From: an uncultured delta proteobacterium
Lineage (GTDB): Bacteria; Desulfobacterota; Binatia; UBA9968
Assembly: GCA_963745035.1 (NCBI GenBank)
Contig: CAVUVW010000013.1
Coordinates: 608,001-672,000 of the forward strand
Direction of reading: 5' to 3'
DNA: 64,000 nt
Position numbers and translations under genes: made by a program
Notes under the pieces: generated by a model
What the model saw: the letters and a program-made list of their open reading frames with translations, nothing else
Databases searched by the model: none
Told to the model about the DNA's origin: nothing
Part shown: one piece after another, positions 10,002-19,306 of the stretch
Layout: each line of letters starts with the position of its first letter
How positions within the stretch are numbered: position 1 is the stretch's first letter

Positions 10002-11816
10002 TCAACGATACCTTTGCGCTTGGGTTTCATACATCCGGGCATAAATCCGGCTTTCCCTCATGAGCTCTTGATGCGTGCCGAATTCGGCTATCCTGCCGTG
10101 CTTGAGCACGTAAATACGATCGGCCATTTTGACCGTCGAGAGCCGGTGACTGATGAGAATGGCCATCTTACCTTTGACCAGTTGGTGAAACCGCTCGAAA
10201 ACTTCGTACTCCGCCTCCGCATCAAGAGAACTGCTCGGCTCGTCCAATACGATAATGTCACCATCATGTAAGAAAGCGCGCGCGAGGGCGATCTTCTGCC
10301 ATTCTCCCGTGCTCAATTCGTGGCCTCCGTCAAATGACTTGCCCAAAAGCGTATCGTATCCGTCGGTTAGTTGCGCAATCAGCGGATCAACGCCGGCTTT
10401 ACGCGCGGCGGGGTCGAGGTGTTGGCCGTCGGGTGGAACATTGACATTTCCCAACCAGATATTTTCGCGAGCCGTCAGCTCGTAGCGAGGATAGTCTTGA
10501 AAAACAACACTGATGCTGCGTCGCAGATCTTGAGTCGCGTAGTGGCGCAGATCCACCCCGTCCAGGGTGATAGCCCCGCTCGTAGGATCGTAAAGCCGGC
10601 AAAGGAGCTTGGCCAACGTGGTTTTTCCCGCGCCATTCTCTCCGACCAGCGCCACGTGCTCGCCGGGTCGAATGGTCAAAACAATATCTTCCAGGACTCG
10701 ATGGCCATCCCCCGGGTACTGAAAACCAACATGGTCAAAGACGATACCGGACCGAAAGGGTTTCCTGATGACGCTCGGATTTGACGGCTCTTCCAGCTTT
10801 GGTTTGAGATCGAGAAACTTGTAAAGATTGCCGAGGAAGAGATTGTCTTCATAGAGGTCGGCAACGCTGTTAAATACCTGCCGAAGCAAAGCTTGGCCGC
10901 GCTGCACTGCGGCATAAAACATGACCAGATCCCCGAGGCTCATGAGCCCTTGTACGGCGCGCAGCCCGAGATAGCCCAGAAGGGCGAAAGACACGCAGAT
11001 GGCGGCGCTGATGGTGAGTAGTTCCGCAAACGCTTTTTTTGTGGCGATGCGCACCTTCTCGCGTCGCAGTTGGGAACGCAGCCGGCGAAATCGATCCATG
11101 AACAAAGAGCCCACGCCGAAGAGCCGAATTTCTTTGGCATACGCGTCGTTCGTAAGGATCCCATTTAAGTATGCCGCCTGCCGTTCCACGGGAGTTCTGT
11201 GGCGTTCCCATTGATAGTTTTTTCTAGCGTAGCGAATGCGCACGAACACGGCGGGAATGGCGGCGGCCAGAAGCACGAATCCTACAACCCAGTGAAGCCA
11301 AACCAGCAAGATGCCTAACGCAATCACCGAGATGGAATTTTGCGCAAGTTGCCGCAAATTGTTCAGCACCCGGACGGGCCGGACCGGGGCCTCTTGCTGC
11401 GCACGGTGAAGGGTATCGTGATATTGCGGGCTTTCGTAATATTCGAGGTCCACCTCGGTGGACTTAACGTGCAAGATGTCGTACATGCGGTCCGTCAAGA
11501 CGTTCCCATGAACAAAGCTGATGATCCTATCCACCGAGCTGAATATGGCTTCCAGTAACGTCGCCACACCGAGAAGGACGATAAATATGGTAACTGACTG
11601 GAAACCCGAGATACCGTCAGGACCAAGGGCTCCTTGCAGCGAGTCCACTGCCATTTTTACCAGATACAGCGTCAGTAACGGCAGCACACCCTGGACAGCG
11701 ACAACAACGATGCTGGCAAGGCTCCATCGGGGACCGCTATGCCAGATAAAGTGCAGGTAGCGGAACAGGTTGGAACTCAGGTCCGATTTGGTTTTTCCTG
11801 GCATCATCGCAATCAA
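10002..11816 (-). CDS. ABC exporter, fused permease/ATP-binding protein
   Basis: N-terminal TM helices; Walker A GENGAGKTT, signature LSTGEWQK, Walker B IIVLDEP, H-loop ISHRL. Confidence 0.93.
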   Translation of the reverse strand: MIAMMPGKTKSDLSSNLFRYLHFIWHSGPRWSLASIVVVAVQGVLPLLTLYLVKMAVDSLQGALGPDGISGFQSVTIFIVLLGVATLLEAIFSSVDRIISFVHGNVLTDRMYDILHVKSTEVDLEYYESPQYHDTLHRAQQEAPVRPVRVLNNLRQLAQNSISVIALGILLVWLHWVVGFVLLAAAIPAVFVRIRYARKNYQWERHRTPVERQAAYLNGILTNDAYAKEIRLFGVGSLFMDRFRRLRSQLRREKVRIATKKAFAELLTISAAICVSFALLGYLGLRAVQGLMSLGDLVMFYAAVQRGQALLRQVFNSVADLYEDNLFLGNLYKFLDLKPKLEEPSNPSVIRKPFRSGIVFDHVGFQYPGDGHRVLEDIVLTIRPGEHVALVGENGAGKTTLAKLLCRLYDPTSGAITLDGVDLRHYATQDLRRSISVVFQDYPRYELTARENIWLGNVNVPPDGQHLDPAARKAGVDPLIAQLTDGYDTLLGKSFDGGHELSTGEWQKIALARAFLHDGDIIVLDEPSSSLDAEAEYEVFERFHQLVKGKMAILISHRLSTVKMADRIYVLKHGRIAEFGTHQELMRESRIYARMYETQAQRYR

Positions 11817-11904
11817 ATGTGCGCAAACATGACCGTGCGACTTCTCCGCCGGTCAATCGCTAAAAACTGCAATTAACCAGAGGAAACGCATCATGGACGT
11901 CACG

Positions 11905-11920
11905 AGCAACCACAATGCCA
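11905..11920 (-). promoter_or_regulatory. Sigma-54 (-24/-12) promoter of the ABC-NRPS-epimerase operon
   Basis: Minus strand reads TGGCAT-TGTGG-TTGCT, matching TGGCAY-N5-TTGCW about 90 nt upstream of the ABC start. Confidence 0.8.
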
Positions 11921-12011
11921 ATAGTAAAGAAATTCCCCGACACTTGATCCAAGTTGCAGCAGTAGCCGGGTTCAGCGTGCCAACGCCTTCTGTCAATGTT
12001 AAAATTCGTTG

Positions 12012-12024
12012 TAAGTATTTGAAA
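12012..12024. promoter_or_regulatory. Putative IHF site upstream of the sigma-54 promoter
   Basis: TAAGTATTTGAAA, one mismatch to YAANNNNTTGATW, lying between the promoter and the palindrome at 12170-12183. Confidence 0.4.
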
Positions 12025-12332
12025 GGCTGGGGATTTGCGGGCAGGGGTCAAGTGAAGCCCTTGGGCGGGCAAGGCGGGAGCTGTTGGCAGGCTAGCAATC
12101 TGTATCTTTCCAAAACGCGCACAGGCGCGTTCAGTCGCGCTGAATCCTCGGGAATTGTCACGCAGGTCGCGTCAGAGTTGACGTAGGGGCCGAAATAAGC
12201 CAACTCTCTACGCCTTTTTCGTCTCGAGGATCTACCTAGGGCTTGGATTTTTCGGGCCTGGATGGCCGGGCGGGCCAAAGGAATCACGTAAGCGGGCGAC
12301 TTTGGGTGGTTTTCCCGCCGTTCGCCGCTTTG

Positions 12333-13479
12333 CTAACAACTCGCAACCTCCTGATAGAGACTGCCCAGTTGCGATGCGCAATGCCGAACATTGAAGGATT
12401 TGTCGATTTGGTCCCGCAGCGCCGACCCGTCGGTCAGCAACCGATCAGGCTCCTCAAAGTACATTTGCAGACGGTCGGCTATTGCGACCGGATCCCGCTC
12501 GGCAACGAGCCATTTTGCGTGAGCACCGAACAGATAAGGGATATCGGCGTGGACGGTAGAGATCACCGGCATACCCGTTGCCATCATTTGCTGCAACACA
12601 AACGGCGTTCCTTCACGATCGCCATCGGCGGCGGTAACGCTGGGCGCCACAAAAACATGGCAACTCAGCGCCAAGTCACAGAGCTCGCTAAACGGCATGA
12701 ACGGGTAGTGGGTGACGACATCCTCGATGCCCACCCGCCGAATGCTGCTAAACACCGCCTCTTTCGTTTCGCGGTCGCCCGATTTGCCCATTGCGTCGCC
12801 GACAAGCTTCACCTCGAGCTTCACCCCCGCCTTGCGCGCGCGAGCGGCCGCTTCGACAACGTACTGCACGCCTTTTTTCTCGCGAAAGGTCCCGGCAAAA
12901 AGTATCTTCAATGGCTCGCCTGGCCGCAGCGTTCGTGGAGCGGCCGTTAACTGCTCTACATCCACTCCCAACGGATGCACCACGATTTTTTCCGGCGGAC
13001 ATCCCAGCTCTTTGATCTCAGCCGCCATCAGCTGGTCCTAGGGCGAGAATGCGCTCGGCTTGTCGAAAGACCGTCTCGTATTTTTTTGCGCGTTCAGCCC
13101 GGCCACGCTGAAAGATGTCGGCACCGTAAAAGCTCACGATCCACGGCGTCCCGAGAGCTTGATGCATCCGGCAATCCTGCCTCGCTACCGAGCCGAAATG
13201 CGAGTGCAGTACTCGCGGCGCCAATTTTTTGATGCGGTGCCATTCCGTCGGATAATAGCGGGCACCGGAAATCCGCCGCCACGCGCGCCGTGTCAAACTC
13301 AAATTGAACTTCCAGGCGATCAACTCGGGAAATTCCTCGCGGTTCATCAACGCGTCGCACAGAACCACGGGAGTGAAACGCGGCAATGACCGTAAATGAT
13401 CGTACAACCAATTCATCGTTCGGGCGACGAAGCGGTCGCAGCGTTGTAAAGCAATGGGGGCGGCGGCAGTGGCGTTCAT
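12333..13479 (-). pseudogene. GT4 glycosyltransferase (WcaL-like), split by a +1 frameshift near 13029 as sequenced
   Basis: ORF 13018-13479 is the N-half (HSHFG, VSFYGAD). ORF 12333-13028 is the C-half (FAGTFREKKG, PSVTAADGDREGTP). Removing one base joins LALGPA to MAAEIKELGC. Confidence 0.8.
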
Positions 13480-14816
13480 GTTGCCGACTCTCTGGATGTC
13501 CCTTTTTGCAGTCTAACCGTCCAGGCAGACCGGGAGCATAGCCGCACGTAAAGCGAACAATCGCTCGGACGAGGGATGAGCTCCGTCCATGAAACTCCGG
13601 TTTCCCGGAGGTAAAACCAAGTCAACATCCCCGAAAGGATCGTATAAGAAATCGACGAGGCGATGGCCGCTCCCGCCAGACCCATCGACGGAACCAGCGC
13701 GAAATTGCCAATGATGTTAACCACGGCGGCTACGCCCGAGGCCCAAACAGTATAACCGGGCTTCTCGCGTGCGAGAACCTCGGCGACCAGAACCTTTCCG
13801 ACGCTGAGAGTAAAGATTCCCGGAAGCAGCCAGCGCATTGGCGTCACCACCGGCGCAAAGGCGGACGAGTACAGGAGCTCGACAAAAAAGTCGGCGACGG
13901 CGAACACAACTAGACAGCCGGCGCCTACCCATATAGCGACGTGCCGCGCGACCACCGCGGCAAGTTTCGGGTCGCGGCGCGGCGTATTGGTCAGGTGCGG
14001 CAACAATACGGTGCCGACCGTGCCGGACAAAAACCACAGTCGTTCAACGACTGCAGCCGCGATTACGTAAAATCCCAGTTCTTCTCTGGAAAGAAACGCG
14101 GCGATGAAAAATCCGTCGACTCGGTAGTTGAGATAAGCGGCGATGGTCCCGGCGTGAGCCGGCAATGCAAACCGCATTGCCTTTTTCCAGAGCGTCCGAT
14201 CTATGGCCGCCTTGCCCCACACGTCGATGCGTCGAAACAGCGCGATGACGCAGACCACGGCCGCGGCCTGCAAGATGATGTCCGCCCAAAGCGCGCCGAT
14301 GACGTGCAGGCCGAGCCCCCAGACCAGAACCGCAGTCAGCAGCAGCGAACCGACCCGCACCGACGTTTCCACAACATTCAAAAGAACGATTTGGTTCATC
14401 CCGCGCAGCAGCGCCAGCCAGTAATCGATGAGCACCTTGAGGGGCACCAGGGACAGAGGCAGGACGTAAAGCCAATACGGAATCGTCGTGAGCGCCGTCA
14501 ATCCCGGGGCTCCAATCGCCAGGAAGCCCAAGCCAAGCACCCAGGTCACCGCTCCAACCCCGAAGGCGAGCAGCACCGAATGCCAAAGCAGCGCCCGGCA
14601 TGCCGCCCGATCCAAGCCCGCATAGACCGCATTGGCCTGTTCAAACCCGAGCCGGCCAAGGGTGATCGCCAACTCGGGGACAAGAAACATGAGCGCGAAC
14701 AAGCCGCGTCCGTCAGGCCCCAAGCCGCGCGCCAGGATTACGGACGAGAGCAGCCGGAACGCCATCCCCGATAGCCGGCCCGCCATGGTAATAGCGATGT
14801 TTCGCTTCAGGTCCAT
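13476..14816 (-). CDS. wzx: Oligosaccharide flippase (Wzx/MOP family)
   Basis: Multi-pass membrane protein with LARGLGPDGRG, YLNYRVD and GLAGAAIASSISY. Start taken at MDLKRN (track ORF starts at 14825). Confidence 0.85.
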   Translation of the reverse strand: MDLKRNIAITMAGRLSGMAFRLLSSVILARGLGPDGRGLFALMFLVPELAITLGRLGFEQANAVYAGLDRAACRALLWHSVLLAFGVGAVTWVLGLGFLAIGAPGLTALTTIPYWLYVLPLSLVPLKVLIDYWLALLRGMNQIVLLNVVETSVRVGSLLLTAVLVWGLGLHVIGALWADIILQAAAVVCVIALFRRIDVWGKAAIDRTLWKKAMRFALPAHAGTIAAYLNYRVDGFFIAAFLSREELGFYVIAAAVVERLWFLSGTVGTVLLPHLTNTPRRDPKLAAVVARHVAIWVGAGCLVVFAVADFFVELLYSSAFAPVVTPMRWLLPGIFTLSVGKVLVAEVLAREKPGYTVWASGVAAVVNIIGNFALVPSMGLAGAAIASSISYTILSGMLTWFYLRETGVSWTELIPRPSDCSLYVRLCSRSAWTVRLQKGTSRESAT

Positions 14817-16600
14817 CGGTCCCACCGAAAAATCAACATATCCTCCGCGCCATCCACATCGTGAATCTGAAAATTGCGCTCGATGAATGCCGAAATATCA
14901 GCAGGCACCGAACGTTTATTGTGGAAGCGATTGCGCTCGATGACGAGCCAGCCCGACGAATATTTGCCGATTAGTTCCCGCAAATCTTTGAGGTCGACGA
15001 CAATCACGGCCGCTGCCGTGTACTCGGTCCGGCTGGTTTTCCAATTATAGCGCGCTTTCGCGAAGTGATCATCCAATTCGTTATTGTTCAACGAATAGAG
15101 CGGTCTTGGCGGCCCGTAGTACTTCGCCAAAAGCGGCACCGATGTCATAATGACATCGCCCTGCCGAGCTTTCTCGGCAATGTACCGCATGGCGGTTCTC
15201 CAGTTGTTGTGTTGCACACCGGCGAACTGACCGGCGTTGATATACGGGGTTTGAACGCTTTCGCGCAGTTCCGGCGCTCCATAGACAATCACCAGCATCG
15301 TTGCTCCACCGACGCCTCCCACCAGCACCCGCGTCATGACAGGCCGGGAGGAACGCGCCAGCAAACCGGATATCCATTCCCGCAATTGCGAAATCAGACT
15401 CGCCAATCCCATTCCTGAAAGGAGGAACAGCAAGGGGAACAGATGAAACACATACCGCTGGTTTTTCCACGCGATAAAGAGACTGTGAATGAGGAAAGGC
15501 GCTGCAAAGCAAACGATCAAGTAAAAGGCAGGCTTTGGATTGCGCAACCAAGCCAACCCACCCAAAATTACCGCGGCGACGGAAATGAAGGGAATATATC
15601 TTCTGAGCACGGCAATATAATGCTGCCACTCCTGAACGCCGCTTTGGGCCCATGCGGGCGCATAGTGCATGAAGCTCACATACCTCGCGATCCCCCCGGA
15701 AACGTATAGATGGATAAGGGCGAGCGCCACGCCGGCGCCGATCACAAGCGTCCAGAAAACGTATCTCGACCGGGCAAGTCGATCGGTCCGCTTGTCGAGC
15801 AAAGCGACGAGCGCCATGCAGAGCACGTACACTATCGGCCCGGCGGCGGCGACGAGAATCAGCTGCTGGAAATGAAGCGCCAACGCAAAGGCTATGGCGG
15901 CAAGGCTCCAGGGCAGCAGTTGCAGCCTCGCCGCCCATTCTTTCAATGCGCCTTTCCCGACGGCCGCTATTCTTCGGCTTTGGAACGAGCCTTCGATCGC
16001 CTGAAAAAATAAATAAATAAAAATGAGATAAAAGAGCTGAAATACGGTGTACATGCGCACTTGGCGGGAAAATGCCACCTGTATTGGGACCACCGCCGTT
16101 AAGAGCGCCGCGACGAGTCCCGCGGCGTTTGACTGCCATTGCCGGCCGATGAAAAACACCAGCGCAACGGTGAGAACGCCGAACAGGACGCTCGTCATTC
16201 GCGCGACGCTTTCAGTCATGCCGAGCAGCTTTCCGGAAAGAGCCACGCTGTATGTGTAGAGAAGAGCTCGCTGGTACGGATAGCCGGAAGGCAGGTTTGG
16301 ATCATCTCCATGGATCAGTTCGTTGGCGGCATAGACATGCAGCATCTCGTCGATACCGAAGCTCGGCCCACCCAAATTCGTCACGCGCAACATGAAGGCA
16401 AACAACAGCACAGCGCCTAACAAGAGCGCCGGGCCTCGGCTTTCGAGCCATTTTTGTGCCCATGTCTGTGGCAGTTCATTTCTCGCCATATCTCGTAAAT
16501 CAAGATTTCTCATGCCCGAAGTTAACCTGGCCCGGAGTAGGTCCATCATATCCATAGCCCGACGAAAGCTTTTCTCGTCAATTTCGGCTGACTGGACCAA
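14807..16600 (-). CDS. GT-C fold membrane glycosyltransferase (GT39/ArnT/PMT-like)
   Basis: LRVTNLGGPSFGIDE first-loop DE motif, ARMTSVLFG, SRQVRMY, many TM helices and a C-terminal periplasmic domain. Exact start uncertain. Confidence 0.8.
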   Translation of the reverse strand: MVQSAEIDEKSFRRAMDMMDLLRARLTSGMRNLDLRDMARNELPQTWAQKWLESRGPALLLGAVLLFAFMLRVTNLGGPSFGIDEMLHVYAANELIHGDDPNLPSGYPYQRALLYTYSVALSGKLLGMTESVARMTSVLFGVLTVALVFFIGRQWQSNAAGLVAALLTAVVPIQVAFSRQVRMYTVFQLFYLIFIYLFFQAIEGSFQSRRIAAVGKGALKEWAARLQLLPWSLAAIAFALALHFQQLILVAAAGPIVYVLCMALVALLDKRTDRLARSRYVFWTLVIGAGVALALIHLYVSGGIARYVSFMHYAPAWAQSGVQEWQHYIAVLRRYIPFISVAAVILGGLAWLRNPKPAFYLIVCFAAPFLIHSLFIAWKNQRYVFHLFPLLFLLSGMGLASLISQLREWISGLLARSSRPVMTRVLVGGVGGATMLVIVYGAPELRESVQTPYINAGQFAGVQHNNWRTAMRYIAEKARQGDVIMTSVPLLAKYYGPPRPLYSLNNNELDDHFAKARYNWKTSRTEYTAAAVIVVDLKDLRELIGKYSSGWLVIERNRFHNKRSVPADISAFIERNFQIHDVDGAEDMLIFRWDRWT

Positions 16601-17291
16601 CTTTAAGGTCGGACAGAACCATGAGCAAAAACACCACGACAGCCGCTATCATAATCAATTCAACAGGTTCTTGAAGACGGGATATTAGCTTGCCTCCTCC
16701 ACCGACAAAATAGAACCTCCTGGCCAATTTGAAACTCAAATGGCAAAGTGCTGCCGGTATTAAACTTGGGTGCGGAATCCAAAGCTGGGGGCGCCATGAC
16801 GCAGGGATTAAATTGCTTGTGTACCAGCCCAAACCGATAGCTAAGCCTATGGTTGTAAATACAACTAGATCGGCGATCCCCGATATTTCGTCCATAACAC
16901 CCGGAAGATTGTGCAGATTCATCTCGCCCTGGCGATTATCGGCCAACCATTCAGGCGTCCCTATTCCGAAAATCCTCTGTCCCCAGCTGATCTCTTCCCC
17001 GGCTACCCAAAGAAGCATTATGGCGACCACACCGTAAACGAGTGCCCATGGGTATACTCCGTCTTGGTGAAGACGGCGATAAATTTTAAAGCCCAAAACC
17101 GCGGCAAGACAAAATAGCGCGAATTGAGCGTTTTCAATCCAGCCATCTTCGGCAGTAAGCGCTATGAAAACTTGTCGGTGCTCACGCGCAAGCCATAGGT
17201 TCGCCAACCAGAATGCTGGAGGCACAAGCGTGACGAGCCACAATCTTTTACTGGACCAGCAGAGCATGTTCTTCTCCTTACTGAATTCCAA
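16578..17291 (-). CDS. Hypothetical membrane protein (EDGxxE / EEISWGQR / NxQxExNxHN motifs)
   Basis: About 6 TM segments with polar motif-like loops; overlaps the downstream gene. Function not recognised. Confidence 0.65.
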   Translation of the reverse strand: MEFSKEKNMLCWSSKRLWLVTLVPPAFWLANLWLAREHRQVFIALTAEDGWIENAQFALFCLAAVLGFKIYRRLHQDGVYPWALVYGVVAIMLLWVAGEEISWGQRIFGIGTPEWLADNRQGEMNLHNLPGVMDEISGIADLVVFTTIGLAIGLGWYTSNLIPASWRPQLWIPHPSLIPAALCHLSFKLARRFYFVGGGGKLISRLQEPVELIMIAAVVVFLLMVLSDLKVGPVSRN

Positions 17292-17387
17292 GACTCAATT
17301 TTTGAGTAGCAAACTCATCGTGAAATTCTGCCGATTGTAAAAATTTCCCTCACGATCGGCTGCTGTGCGCGAGATTTGTTTCACTTA

Positions 17388-18476
17388 TTAGGAAACGCCC
17401 GTCAGCAAACCGGCATTATCACCCTGAGGAACGAGCGTTTCCGCCAACCTTGCCACCTCGGCACCGTTCGCCGCAGTAGCCTTGACCAGACGTTCCGCGC
17501 CAAGTATTTCCCGCACGGTATAAACAGGCTTTCCTTGAGCTTCGTGGTAAATGCGCACGAGCATTTCTCCAAGCAGCCCCATGCTCACGAACTGCACTCC
17601 TACTACGATCAGGAGAATCCCGAGAAGCAGAATGGGGCGATTCGCCAACGACTCGCCGAACAATAGTTTCTGCAGCGTGAGACAGCCGGTGAGCGATAAT
17701 CCCGCCACGGTGGCCAAGATTCCGACAAAACCGAAAACGTGGAGCGGACGGGTCCAGTAGCTGGTGAGAAACTTGACCGTGATCAAATCCAAAATGACCC
17801 GAATCGTACGGCTGATTCCGTATTTCGAGCTGCCGTGTCGCCGTTCCCGGTGATTCACGGCGATTTCGGTTATACGCGCGCCAAGATCGGCCGCCAACAC
17901 CGGAATAAAGCGGTGCATTTCCCCATAAAGACTCAACGCCCTCGCTGTTTCTCCGCGATAAGCCTTGAGCGTACAACCGTAGTCATGGAGCTTAACTTTA
18001 GTCACCGATGAGATAAGCCGATTTGCGAGAATCGACGGCAAGCGGCGCGATATAAATCGATCCTGGCGCTTGATGCGCCATCCATTAACGAGATCGTATC
18101 CTTCATCGAGTTTCGCAATCAGCTTGGGGATGTCGGCCGGATCATTCTGCAGATCCCCGTCCAAGGTAATGACGATCTCGCCGCATGAATGAGAAATTCC
18201 GGCAGCAAGGGCGGCCGTTTGGCCAAAGTTGCGGCTCAAGCGAACGACTTTGACCTGGGGGTCGTTCTTTTGAATCTCCTTCAGAAGAGCGAAAGTATTG
18301 TCGCGGCTGCCGTCGTCGATATAGACCTGCTCGCAAGGCCCGAGACCTTCGGTGGCCTGCTGAATCGTGGAATAGAGCGGCCGAATATTCGGCTCCTCGT
18401 TGTAAACCGGAACGACGATGGAGACGAGTCGCCTGTCTCTCGATCCATTGTTGCCATTACAAAGGCTGTGATTCAT
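17388..18476 (-). CDS. GT2 polyprenyl-phosphate glycosyltransferase (ArnC/GtrB-like)
   Basis: SIVVPVYNEE, DDGSRD, RNFGQTAA, DGDLQNDP, LHDYGCTLKAY and two C-terminal TM helices. Confidence 0.9.
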   Translation of the reverse strand: MNHSLCNGNNGSRDRRLVSIVVPVYNEEPNIRPLYSTIQQATEGLGPCEQVYIDDGSRDNTFALLKEIQKNDPQVKVVRLSRNFGQTAALAAGISHSCGEIVITLDGDLQNDPADIPKLIAKLDEGYDLVNGWRIKRQDRFISRRLPSILANRLISSVTKVKLHDYGCTLKAYRGETARALSLYGEMHRFIPVLAADLGARITEIAVNHRERRHGSSKYGISRTIRVILDLITVKFLTSYWTRPLHVFGFVGILATVAGLSLTGCLTLQKLLFGESLANRPILLLGILLIVVGVQFVSMGLLGEMLVRIYHEAQGKPVYTVREILGAERLVKATAANGAEVARLAETLVPQGDNAGLLTGVS

Positions 18477-19038
18477 CTGGTGCTCCCTTCAGGGGCGATG
18501 CTGCAATGAATTGTTTGCGCCTCAACCAATGAACAAAAACCAGAACCGGCAGCAGCACGCCGATTTCCGCCGCGACCGTCGCCAAGTTATCGATGCTGAA
18601 GAGGGTCGCGATCAAGCCACTGGACTCCGGTGAATAGTCAAATTTGCGAAACACTGTCATCGGAGCCATGTAATGCTCGTTGGAAAAGGGCCAAAGCAAC
18701 GGCACGCCCTGTGGCCAGCTTGGGTCGTCTATCAAAAAATCCATAAATACGTGCAATAGATAGTTGAGGAAACCGATCGCGAATGCCAGCCTTTTGCCGA
18801 ACGGCAATACAACCGCGGCAAACAAACCGAACACGAAGGCAAATGCTATGCTATGGCTCGGCCCATGATGAAATAGACGAAGATCACCGACGAACAAGCC
18901 GGGAAGGAAATCGAGATCGGGAGCATTGGCGGCAAAGAGACACGCCGCGAGCAGAGGCCACTGAGACCGGCCAACACGGCCGCCGGCGCCGCGATAAATG
19001 ATGGCGCCCATCAATGAATGTCCAACAGGCGATGGCAT
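18457..19038 (-). CDS. Membrane-bound metal-dependent hydrolase (YdjM-like)
   Basis: GHSL, APDLD, HHGPSHS, LHVFMD and GVPLLWPF motifs. Confidence 0.8.
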   Translation of the reverse strand: MPSPVGHSLMGAIIYRGAGGRVGRSQWPLLAACLFAANAPDLDFLPGLFVGDLRLFHHGPSHSIAFAFVFGLFAAVVLPFGKRLAFAIGFLNYLLHVFMDFLIDDPSWPQGVPLLWPFSNEHYMAPMTVFRKFDYSPESSGLIATLFSIDNLATVAAEIGVLLPVLVFVHWLRRKQFIAASPLKGAPDESQPL

Positions 19039-19306
19039 AAACCAATCTTGCTAGAGACAACATGTGTCGAGGTCGCATCGGATCCGCCCAAAGCAAACCT
19101 TTGATCGACATCTCACGCGTTGGCAGTGCTGTGATAATCAAGAGATACTAAGAAAGTGCGCGGCTGTTCAACTTGGGAAAGATAGACTCAACTTACCGGA
19201 CTTGTCATTCGCGCTGATAAGGCCTCCACTTAGGAGCGGAGTTTTACACTCCCTGAGCCCTACGTTTCTTCCGTGTAAACTCGACGTCATTTACACATGG
19301 AGGAAC

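Noticed and set aside
11967-11982. TTGGCACG as a second sigma-54 -24 box
   Set aside because: There is no TTGC at the required -12 spacing.
11860-12287. Small ORFs upstream of the ABC exporter as possible RiPP or lasso-peptide precursors (AsnB and ABC are present)
   Set aside because: No leader/core pattern, and no PqqD/RRE or B2 protease in the window. The AsnB has a full glutaminase domain, and the region is better explained as a promoter.
19242-19296. GTGTAAA-N10-TTTACAC palindrome plus an extra TTTTACAC, resembling TyrR or PEP-CTERM-type boxes
   Set aside because: The spacer differs from the TyrR N6, no sigma-54 promoter was found downstream, and no PEP-CTERM protein or exosortase was seen. 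It may just be an RNA hairpin after the stop codon.
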